This document shows, in pieces, positions 36,323 through 43,578 of a stretch of 64,000 bases of DNA. The stretch is from a virus. Position numbers and translations under genes: made by a program. The notes beneath the pieces are model-generated. The model did not search any database. It worked only from the letters and a program-made list of their open reading frames with translations, and was not told where the DNA came from. The stretch lies in the IMG/VR virus record IMGVR_UViG_3300030104_003613. The stretch is one strand, 5' to 3'. Position 1 is the stretch's first letter. Each line of letters begins with the position of its first letter.

Positions 36323-36341
36323 CATAGGGCGGCGACGATAT
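36279..36341 (-). ncRNA. Candidate late small RNA / hsp20 terminator
   Basis: CTAAATA late-type box (36346-36352) overlapping the hsp20 stop; terminator AGGGGG-AACTGG/CCAGTT-GACA-CCCCCT-TTTTT. Confidence 0.5.
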
Positions 36342-36348
36342 GAATTAT

Positions 36349-36786
36349 TTAGTCTGACCCAAACCAGAGTTTCTTCTGGTGCTTCTCTGGGACAATGCGG
36401 TTTAACACCACAGACAGGATACCATCAACGAACTCCACATTGCTCACCTCAACGTCTTCAGAGAGCGTCCAGGCGCGTTTAAACGAGCGTAGGGCAAGAC
36501 CACGATGGACATACTCTCGTTCCGCCGTGTCCTCCTTGGATGCCTCTACAAACAGTTGTCCCGATTCAGTATATGCTTTAACTTCTTTGCTACTGAATCC
36601 AGCGAGTGCTAGTTCAAGAGTGTAGGTATTCTCGTCCACTTTCACCAAGTTATACGGCGGGTAGTTTACATCCTCCGCACTAGAAAGTTGTTTGTTAAAC
36701 CACTCATTCACTCCAATCGAATGCTTATCGATGTCACGGACAAAGCGATCTAGATCCGCAGCACCGTAGTGTGCTAGTGTTCTCAT
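36349..36786 (-). CDS. hsp20: Small heat-shock protein
   Basis: NYPPYN, ELALAGF, HRGLALRSFKRAW, DGIL. Confidence 0.95.
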   Translation of the reverse strand: MRTLAHYGAADLDRFVRDIDKHSIGVNEWFNKQLSSAEDVNYPPYNLVKVDENTYTLELALAGFSSKEVKAYTESGQLFVEASKEDTAEREYVHRGLALRSFKRAWTLSEDVEVSNVEFVDGILSVVLNRIVPEKHQKKLWFGSD

Positions 36787-36793
36787 TATGGTA

Positions 36794-36851
36794 GCTCCTA
36801 TAAAAGCGAGTTTGTGTTTTGTGGACCCCGAAGGCATCCAATATATTTATA
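36794..36851 (-). promoter_or_regulatory. Late promoter and structured 5' UTR of hsp20
   Basis: TATAAATA 36844-36851; GGATGCC-TTCG-GGGTCC hairpin; GCTTT/GGAGC stem over the SD. Confidence 0.7.
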
Positions 36852-36863
36852 GCACAATACGAT

Positions 36864-36895
36864 AAAAGGAGATACAGCAACAACCGTATCTCCTT
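36864..36895 (-). terminator. Intrinsic terminator after regA
   Basis: AAGGAGATACGG/CTGTATCTCCTT followed by TT. Confidence 0.75.
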
Positions 36896-36945
36896 ATAGG
36901 GGTTTCCGACTTTTGAAGCGACCGCACGAAAGATCGCAGAATTAT

Positions 36946-37383
36946 TTATTCTTTCTCTTCGCTTTTACTTTTCTTGCCTATATTATATTTTTGCTCCAGC
37001 ACCCAATTGTGTTTCTCTTTATAGGGAAGAACTTTGATTTGATTTAGCGGAGCAATATCTAGAATAGTATCTTCATTCACAACACTAATGAGGCCCCAGT
37101 CAGCAAGAAGGCGAGTAATACGATTCCTACGCTGAACGTCGTTAACAGTAAGGTTAGCGTACTTGCCGTCAAGAGCAAACAACTCCTTAAAATGCACTAT
37201 GTAATATTTACCTTGTTTATGCAAAATATGGCAGGATTGATAAAGTTTCTTCTCTTTTCGTGAAGCTACACCAATTCTTGTTAATGTTTCCCTCACTTTA
37301 AGAAAGTCATCAGGGGCGTTCAATCTGACCTCAATCATTTGATCTTGAGACCAATTTACCTGCGGTTCAGTAGTTTGTGTCAT
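36946..37383 (-). CDS. regA: Translational repressor RegA
   Basis: DDFLKVRETLTRIG, LYQSCHILHKQGKYYIVHFKE. Confidence 0.97.
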   Translation of the reverse strand: MTQTTEPQVNWSQDQMIEVRLNAPDDFLKVRETLTRIGVASRKEKKLYQSCHILHKQGKYYIVHFKELFALDGKYANLTVNDVQRRNRITRLLADWGLISVVNEDTILDIAPLNQIKVLPYKEKHNWVLEQKYNIGKKSKSEEKE

Positions 37384-37748
37384 TTTGTACCACCAGTGTC
37401 AAGTCGTTGTTTAATAAAATCGATCTGTTCATTTGATAAAATCTTCAGTGCTTGAGACGCTTTCTCGTTACTGTAACCATAGTATTGTTTGACACAATCA
37501 AGGTCGGTGACTTTATCCTTACGGATCCAAGGAGAGAATCTTTTTCTCTTTCTCAAGATATTTAGATAAAATTCATATTGTAGATCTTTGTCAAGAAAAT
37601 GATACTTGTTCATTTCATTAGCAAACATCACACAGTCTAGGTGACCAGATAAACAACGATTGACAATGAAAGGAGGATAATCACGAATACTATCACTCAA
37701 ATTCTCCTTGTTAAAATTAATTGAGTTCAACCAATCCTTCAGTTCCAC
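37380..37748 (-). CDS. gp62: Clamp loader small subunit
   Basis: YPPFIVNRCLS, ANEMN, RKRKRFSPW. Confidence 0.93.
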   Translation of the reverse strand: MELKDWLNSINFNKENLSDSIRDYPPFIVNRCLSGHLDCVMFANEMNKYHFLDKDLQYEFYLNILRKRKRFSPWIRKDKVTDLDCVKQYYGYSNEKASQALKILSNEQIDFIKQRLDTGGTK

Positions 37749-38134
37749 AGTTCTTCCTCAATATATCTTTTAAGTTCCTTGTCCTCAACATCATTTGGAA
37801 TCTCATTCTTATAAAAGATCCTGTAACTATCAGACCCATACTTACCAATGCCAAAGAGTTTGGTGGCATCCCCACCATCCCACTTAAGTATATCATGAGT
37901 CATACGCATGATGCGATGTGCCCTAATATTAAACATACCGAGTGGTTTAATAAAGTCAGAGAGGGTATCATGATCCCACACCTCCAGGAACTCCTCTGGT
38001 GTGGGTGTCATCTTGAATAGTTCGGTAAGGATTGGTTTTACCTGATTGCGGGAGGTTAGGTTGAGACAAATGACACCAACCATGTGCTGCCATACATTCT
38101 CTACCTGTTGTTGGACCATCAATTCATCGACCAT
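37739..38134 (-). CDS. MBD4-like HhH DNA glycosylase
   Basis: WQHMVGVICLNLT, IKPLG, GIGKYGSDSYRIF, VEDKEL. Confidence 0.85.
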   Translation of the reverse strand: MVDELMVQQQVENVWQHMVGVICLNLTSRNQVKPILTELFKMTPTPEEFLEVWDHDTLSDFIKPLGMFNIRAHRIMRMTHDILKWDGGDATKLFGIGKYGSDSYRIFYKNEIPNDVEDKELKRYIEEELWN

Positions 38135-38957
38135 AATTAAAAAGTAAAAGTTCTTTGCGTTCCTTTTGCTCACGCATATACTCACCTACCGAGCGCATGG
38201 TGTAAGTGAGATCGAATTCAGCAGCATTCCATGACTTGAAGCGGTCCATGACCAACTGGGCGGAGTTATAACTGACAAGACAATCCATAGAGCAATTATC
38301 GCAGTCAGAGGCAAACCCATCGTGATCAAATCTCTTGTGCATTGATCCCTTTTTTCCATAGAGGTTGTCTTTGATGTCATAGGGAGGGTCCAGATAAACA
38401 AACGCATTTATATCAGATCCTTCGTCAAGAAGTCTCTCATATGAATAATTAGTTATATCCCAATTTTTAATCAACTGCGTGTAACCCTCAAGTTTTAAGA
38501 TACCCTTCATCGAAAAGTTACTATCAGATGCTTGAGAGGAGAAAGAAGAACTTTCAGTCAGACCAGAGAAAGAACATTTGTTGATGACATAAAAAGATAT
38601 CGCTCTCCATAGAGGATCTTCATTGTTGTGCTCAAGATAATCCTTTGACGACAAGAACAATCCCCTAGCAGAACCAGGATCAGGATAACGAGACTTTAAC
38701 TCCATCAGTTTCATTCGGAGTTCATATCCATTCTCCTGAAGTTGCTGCCAGAAGTTAACCAGTGGTTCATACAAGTCATTGACCCAAATCTTTACGTCTG
38801 GATACTTCTTGGTGACATATATGGAAACACTACCTCCACCTAAAAAAGGTTCCCTGAACTCATCGTAATCACGGAGATCAGGGATATAGGGTCCAATCTT
38901 TTTAGTGGCACGACTCTTACCACCGGGATAACGAAGAGGGGTTTTCAAAGATTTCAT
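38124..38957 (-). CDS. dam: DNA adenine methyltransferase (Dam/D12 class)
   Basis: LRYPGGKS, EPFLGGGSV, YLDPPY. Confidence 0.93.
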   Translation of the reverse strand: MKSLKTPLRYPGGKSRATKKIGPYIPDLRDYDEFREPFLGGGSVSIYVTKKYPDVKIWVNDLYEPLVNFWQQLQENGYELRMKLMELKSRYPDPGSARGLFLSSKDYLEHNNEDPLWRAISFYVINKCSFSGLTESSSFSSQASDSNFSMKGILKLEGYTQLIKNWDITNYSYERLLDEGSDINAFVYLDPPYDIKDNLYGKKGSMHKRFDHDGFASDCDNCSMDCLVSYNSAQLVMDRFKSWNAAEFDLTYTMRSVGEYMREQKERKELLLFNYGR

Positions 38958-39214
38958 CAATACCTTATGTTAAAACCGTGTTCAAACCATAGACGATTAT
39001 AGATGGGATGCTTCCACGCATTACCATGATGACCTCTACCAGGTCCATTGTGAGAGTGTCTGTGACAGTGAGTATATCCTCTTCTGGCATGGTAATGGCA
39101 ATGATTGTGGGAGTGACGATGTGGTCTCCAACCGTGTCTTTTATGTGCCAGTGCTGGTTCGGCAACTGCGATAGCAGCACAGATTGTTAGGCACGAAAGA
39201 ATTACTTTTTTCAT
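38957..39214 (-). CDS. Signal-peptide His-rich protein
   Basis: Hydrophobic N-terminus with ALA cleavage motif, then HRHSHNHCHYH...HCHRHSH. Confidence 0.7.
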   Translation of the reverse strand: MKKVILSCLTICAAIAVAEPALAHKRHGWRPHRHSHNHCHYHARRGYTHCHRHSHNGPGRGHHGNAWKHPIYNRLWFEHGFNIRY

Positions 39215-39495
39215 AGGATTAGTTTTTTACTAGGTGTTTGAATTGGGGAAAAGATCTTCTCGTAGTTGTCTACAATTTCTTCTCTTGCTTCAATAGTATA
39301 AACGATATATTCCTTGGCGATTTTGATAGTCGCATCTTCTTTCGCAAGAGTAGACCAAGGAGCAAAACCAACCTGTCCTTGGGCATTAGGTAAAGCAACC
39401 AGAGGATGCTCTACTTCAAGAAACTCATCGTCTTCGTTGATAAGGGTGAAGATAACTTCTTCACCAGTGTTCATTCGCAATACTTTAACGTTCAT
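39211..39495 (-). CDS. Conserved hypothetical protein (Sm-like fold)
   Basis: VLRMNTGEEVI...GFAPW...IQTPSKKLIL. Confidence 0.8.
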   Translation of the reverse strand: MNVKVLRMNTGEEVIFTLINEDDEFLEVEHPLVALPNAQGQVGFAPWSTLAKEDATIKIAKEYIVYTIEAREEIVDNYEKIFSPIQTPSKKLIL

Positions 39496-39650
39496 TTCAG
39501 TGCTAATTGTAAAAGTTCAGTGAGATCTGCTGTGTTCTGTGCCATGGTTCGATATCCAGTTCCAACATACACTTGCCCCGTAAAAACAATGAGGGTCATG
39601 GCACCCCAGAAGTAATAATACAATCTGGACTTCTTTTGTCTAGGTTTCAT
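39492..39650 (-). CDS. Small membrane protein
   Basis: Manual: MKPRQKKSRLYYYFWGAMTLIVFTGQVYVGTGY... 52 aa; ATGA overlaps. Confidence 0.7.
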   Translation of the reverse strand: MKPRQKKSRLYYYFWGAMTLIVFTGQVYVGTGYRTMAQNTADLTELLQLALK

Positions 39651-40600
39651 TTGAATTCACACTCCACCATAATTTCAGTTAGACAAGCGAGCATATTTAT
39701 TTCCTGATCTGCCACGAACGCACTCTGGTACTGATACTTAGCAATAATAAGGACAGCAGCAGCAATGCCAGGACCTGCCAAGTGTGCGTAAAGAGCATCG
39801 TAAATACTACGCAGAAGTACAGTAGGATCATTGTCCAGATTATCAACAACCCACTTCCGTGTGGCGGGGAAATCTTTCTCTTTAAGGAACCTAAAAAGGT
39901 CATCGGTCTTGACATTACTAAAAGCAGCGAGGATACCTGAATCAATTTTACCACTGACGGAGTAACGTTGCAACTCATTGAGCACACGACGCCAGTCAGG
40001 GAAGTGCTTATTGATTAGTTCAGCAAGGACTTTGCCTTCAAAATCAATTCTCTCCAAAACGAGGATGTCTTGGAGTCTCTTGAAGAATTGTCCGGCAAGT
40101 TGTTGTCTTTCTTTTCCTCTGATTCCAAACTCAACCACTGAACATCTGGAGTGAAGTGGAGCGATGATTTTGTTTTTGTAGTTACAGGTGAAGATGAATC
40201 GGCAGTTGCCAATAAACTCCTCAGTAAACGCCCGTAAGCAGAGTTGTACATCTGGGGTTGTGTTATCTGCCTCATCAATGATGACGACTTTGTGTTTCGC
40301 AGTTGAAGAAAGCGAGACGGTCGAAGCGAAATTCTTCGCATTGTTTCGGACAGTTTCCAAGAATCGTCCTTCATCGGATCCGTTGATGACATAGTAATCT
40401 ACTCCAAGTTCCTCACACAGTGCCTTTGCGACAGTGGTCTTTCCACACCCAGGAGGTCCAGACAGCAACAAATTTGGCACTTCTCCCTTATCTAGGAAGT
40501 CTTGGAATGTCTTCTTGATGTTGTCAGGAAGTATACACTCTTCAATAGTTTTGGGTCTGTATTTTTCAACCCAAATAAATTCACTGCGACTCATAATCAT
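39647..40600 (-). CDS. gp44: Clamp loader large subunit
   Basis: WVEKYRP, GPPGCGKTT, DEAD, SRC. Confidence 0.97.
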   Translation of the reverse strand: MIMSRSEFIWVEKYRPKTIEECILPDNIKKTFQDFLDKGEVPNLLLSGPPGCGKTTVAKALCEELGVDYYVINGSDEGRFLETVRNNAKNFASTVSLSSTAKHKVVIIDEADNTTPDVQLCLRAFTEEFIGNCRFIFTCNYKNKIIAPLHSRCSVVEFGIRGKERQQLAGQFFKRLQDILVLERIDFEGKVLAELINKHFPDWRRVLNELQRYSVSGKIDSGILAAFSNVKTDDLFRFLKEKDFPATRKWVVDNLDNDPTVLLRSIYDALYAHLAGPGIAAAVLIIAKYQYQSAFVADQEINMLACLTEIMVECEFK

Positions 40601-40932
40601 TCCAAAGGACGAACAAATTCATTAGACACAATATCAGTTGCCTTCAATTGTTCTTTCATATACTCTACACCAGCATCAGTCAGTTGTCCATCTCCGCATG
40701 TGAAGATATCACACAGGGCCATCTCCTTTTCAGGCCAGGTATGAATACTGATATGACTCTCAGCAATCATGGCATATCCCGTAACCCCTTGGGGTTCAAA
40801 CTTATGAACATTTAAATCTAATAGGGTTGCCTCACACTTTTGTACTGTTCTAAAGAGCATAATACGAATGTGCTCTGGGTCATCTAGTAATTCAAATGGA
40901 CATCCCTTTAGTGTAAAGAGAGCGTGTTTCAT
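40597..40932 (-). CDS. speD: S-adenosylmethionine decarboxylase proenzyme
   Basis: HKFEPQGVT, AESHISIHTWPE (E/S self-cleavage), DIFTCG. Confidence 0.92.
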   Translation of the reverse strand: MKHALFTLKGCPFELLDDPEHIRIMLFRTVQKCEATLLDLNVHKFEPQGVTGYAMIAESHISIHTWPEKEMALCDIFTCGDGQLTDAGVEYMKEQLKATDIVSNEFVRPLE

Positions 40933-41120
40933 AATAATTTAGATAGTGAAATCATTAACAGAAATGACAACATTATAACCACATCCCAGGACTTTGTTCT
41001 TACAAAGTAGGGAACCGAAATGAGGTCAGCAACAAAATGTGTTACTGCCCCCACCACAACATTTACATGGAGAACAATAAAATAGGCAATGATAACAAGA
41101 CCACTACCAATTATTCTCAT
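40929..41120 (-). CDS. Small membrane protein
   Basis: 63 aa, very hydrophobic; likely start MRIIG. Confidence 0.7.
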   Translation of the reverse strand: MRIIGSGLVIIAYFIVLHVNVVVGAVTHFVADLISVPYFVRTKSWDVVIMLSFLLMISLSKLL

Positions 41121-41127
41121 CTTGATA

Positions 41128-41793
41128 TCAACCGAAGGTCGAGTCAGGTTCAAGCGCGATGTAGTAGGTGACATCAAGATTCTGATTAGTAAACTTAGAT
41201 AGAAGTTTTGAGGATACGATTACATCGTATGTGCCAGGGACAATTTTAAGATTCTCCTCTTTAAAGTTAAACACAAACTCTTCGTCAGCATCACCTACAA
41301 TGATAGAGAAATCATTAGAAGTATCATTCTTCTTATCGCGAGCGACAAGTTTGACAACACCATTCTCACCGATGGCAGAGATATCAGGCAATTGATAGAC
41401 AGATGCTGCTTTCTTTAGTTTCTCCAGTTGTTGACTGGTAAGTTGAAAACATACATCTTCAGTTGGAAGAGTAATCTCTTTTTCAGGAGGAGAAACAATT
41501 ACAGTTGGGTCGGCAAAGAAATACTTTGAACGCATCTTGCCTTCTTTGATTACAACAAACTGGTTGTTCTCAAAGTCCAGTTCGGGACTGTTGTGAAGTG
41601 ACAGACCATTAAGGAATTGATTAAGATCATAGATTCCGAAGTCCTTGGGGAACTCTTCGGAAATAGTTGCCTCTGCTAGGATGTTCTTCATCACTGAAAT
41701 AGAACGCAGTTTGTTACCCTCCTTGAACAGGATGGACTGGTTGATAGAAGAGAAGTTCTTCAGAAGATTAACAGTGGACTCAGAAAGTTTCAT
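41128..41793 (-). CDS. gp45: Sliding clamp
   Basis: LKNFSSINQS, FGIYDLNQFL, YYIALE. Confidence 0.96.
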   Translation of the reverse strand: MKLSESTVNLLKNFSSINQSILFKEGNKLRSISVMKNILAEATISEEFPKDFGIYDLNQFLNGLSLHNSPELDFENNQFVVIKEGKMRSKYFFADPTVIVSPPEKEITLPTEDVCFQLTSQQLEKLKKAASVYQLPDISAIGENGVVKLVARDKKNDTSNDFSIIVGDADEEFVFNFKEENLKIVPGTYDVIVSSKLLSKFTNQNLDVTYYIALEPDSTFG

Positions 41794-42379
41794 AATTACC
41801 TTTTGGTTTGTCGAGGACGCCAGAGAAGTGGTAGAGAAGGATACAATAGTGAATTGCTTTTAGAATGTCAAGTTTAGACTTGCCCTCCTTCTTACCAAAT
41901 CGTGACAGATATTTAATTGCGTTGCTACGGCAGAACGGTTCTGCGTCTCCAATACTTTCAACCAGGTCAAGAGTTTGAGTTTTGGAGTCTTGAGAAGTAT
42001 AGTGAGAGCGATAGGTTCCACTCAAATAATCACGAACTTCCTTAAGAATTACATCCTCCCGATAGTTCCAAAACCCATTCCTGGAAGTGGAATCAAGATT
42101 CAGATCAAAGGTTACCTCATCCATTCCACCCACTGCGTATGGGACTTCCTGTGCTGCCCCAAAATAGATTGTGTCAGATGAGTCAGCACCACTAATCACA
42201 GTATTACCGACATTACCAAAATTGATGGTGTCGCTAGAAAAGGGGTTAGGACGGTTTGGATCATTGCGAGTGTAGTCGAACCAATAGTTAGATTTAAGAC
42301 TGTCCTCATAACGATCTTCAAAGTTTTCACTCATTTTTAATTCCTCATAAAGTAAAGACCAGGCGTTCATGGGAGGCAT
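41780..42379 (-). CDS. Conserved hypothetical protein (DUF3310-like C-terminus)
   Basis: SHY...FCRSNAIKYLSRFGKKEG...DILKAIHY. Confidence 0.8.
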   Translation of the reverse strand: MPPMNAWSLLYEELKMSENFEDRYEDSLKSNYWFDYTRNDPNRPNPFSSDTINFGNVGNTVISGADSSDTIYFGAAQEVPYAVGGMDEVTFDLNLDSTSRNGFWNYREDVILKEVRDYLSGTYRSHYTSQDSKTQTLDLVESIGDAEPFCRSNAIKYLSRFGKKEGKSKLDILKAIHYCILLYHFSGVLDKPKGNYETF

Positions 42380-42393
42380 ACTTACCTCCCCCA

Positions 42394-42422
42394 ATTATAT
42401 CAGAAAGGTGCTGATGTGGCAA
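42394..42422 (-). promoter_or_regulatory. Sigma70-type promoter
   Basis: TTGCCA-N17-TATAAT at the end of cobS. Confidence 0.75.
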
Positions 42423-43494
42423 CATCAACTGAATCGCTGTTTAACTCAAACTCAGCATCAACCTTATCATACAATTCAAGGAAGGATGCTTTGGTCTCAT
42501 CATCAAAACGATTGATACAGACTTGAATTGCCTTCTCCTTGTCACCCCAGATACTGAAAGCACGGATAATGTGAACCAGACGACGGGTGCTGATTACTTC
42601 TTCAATACCACCATCATAGAAGGTCTTGCGGATGATGTCTGCCCAATCAACCAGATACTTACAGAAAGCACGGTCTTCGATACCCAGATCGAGAGCGATA
42701 CCCTCAATGATGCGTTGCTCTGTAGCAGCGGTAGGATAAGACTGCTCAAAGGTGACACAGAAGCGTTCCAGGAATGCCTCGTTCAAGACATTGGTGCCAA
42801 TGAAGCGACCATCGTCAGAACCCTTACCCTTGGTGTTAGCGGTGGCAATGACATTGAATCCCTTGGCAGGAGTCACAAAGCGACCAGTCTTCTTGAGGAA
42901 GACACCCTTACCTTCCAGAACAGACTGAAGACACAGGATCTTGTTAGATGCCAGATCAACCTCGTCTAAAAGAAGAATTGCTCCACGCTCCAGAGCTTCG
43001 ATGACTGGACCGTTATGCCAAACAGTTTCACCATTAACCAGACGGAAACCACCAATAAGGTCATCTTCGTCAGTCTCGATAGTAATGTTGACACGAATCA
43101 GTTCCCTCTTGAGTTGGGCACACGCTTGCTCAACACAGAACGTCTTACCGTTGCCAGAAAGTCCTGTAAGGAATGTAGGATAAAATAGACCGGACTTAAT
43201 AATCCTTTTAACATCCGTGAAATTACCAAAGCTGATAAAGGTATCATCTTTCGCGGGAATAAGGTTTTGTTCTACAGCAGGAAGGGCAGCAGGTGCCTGA
43301 TAGGTTTGCTCAAGTTGTTCAGTGACGGTCAGATCCCATTTGCCACGACCAGTTTTATAATCATCAATTTTCTTTGAGACCGTTTGATAGGTGGTGCCGT
43401 TCATCGCACACCATGCTTTCACATCGCCAGAGGTGACTTTATCACCGTACAGTGCTTGAAGAGAAGAGACAACGTATTCGGTAGACAGTGCCAT
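42400..43494 (-). CDS. cobS: CobS-like MoxR-family AAA+ ATPase
   Basis: GLSGNGKT, LLDEVD, TANTKGKG, NEAFLERF, STRRL. Confidence 0.93.
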   Translation of the reverse strand: MALSTEYVVSSLQALYGDKVTSGDVKAWCAMNGTTYQTVSKKIDDYKTGRGKWDLTVTEQLEQTYQAPAALPAVEQNLIPAKDDTFISFGNFTDVKRIIKSGLFYPTFLTGLSGNGKTFCVEQACAQLKRELIRVNITIETDEDDLIGGFRLVNGETVWHNGPVIEALERGAILLLDEVDLASNKILCLQSVLEGKGVFLKKTGRFVTPAKGFNVIATANTKGKGSDDGRFIGTNVLNEAFLERFCVTFEQSYPTAATEQRIIEGIALDLGIEDRAFCKYLVDWADIIRKTFYDGGIEEVISTRRLVHIIRAFSIWGDKEKAIQVCINRFDDETKASFLELYDKVDAEFELNSDSVDVATSAPF

Positions 43495-43521
43495 GATGTA
43501 GTGCGTTTGTTCAACAGGTTA

Positions 43522-43578
43522 ATTATAGAGCAGGTTGGGACCGTTGCCGGTCCCGAGTGGACGGTTTAAGGTCTGGTC
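43522..43578 (-). promoter_or_regulatory. Early-type promoter with CAG-N8-CCG element
   Basis: GACCAG-N8-CCGTCC, GGGACCG/CGGTCCC hairpin in place of -35, TATAAT. Confidence 0.7.
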
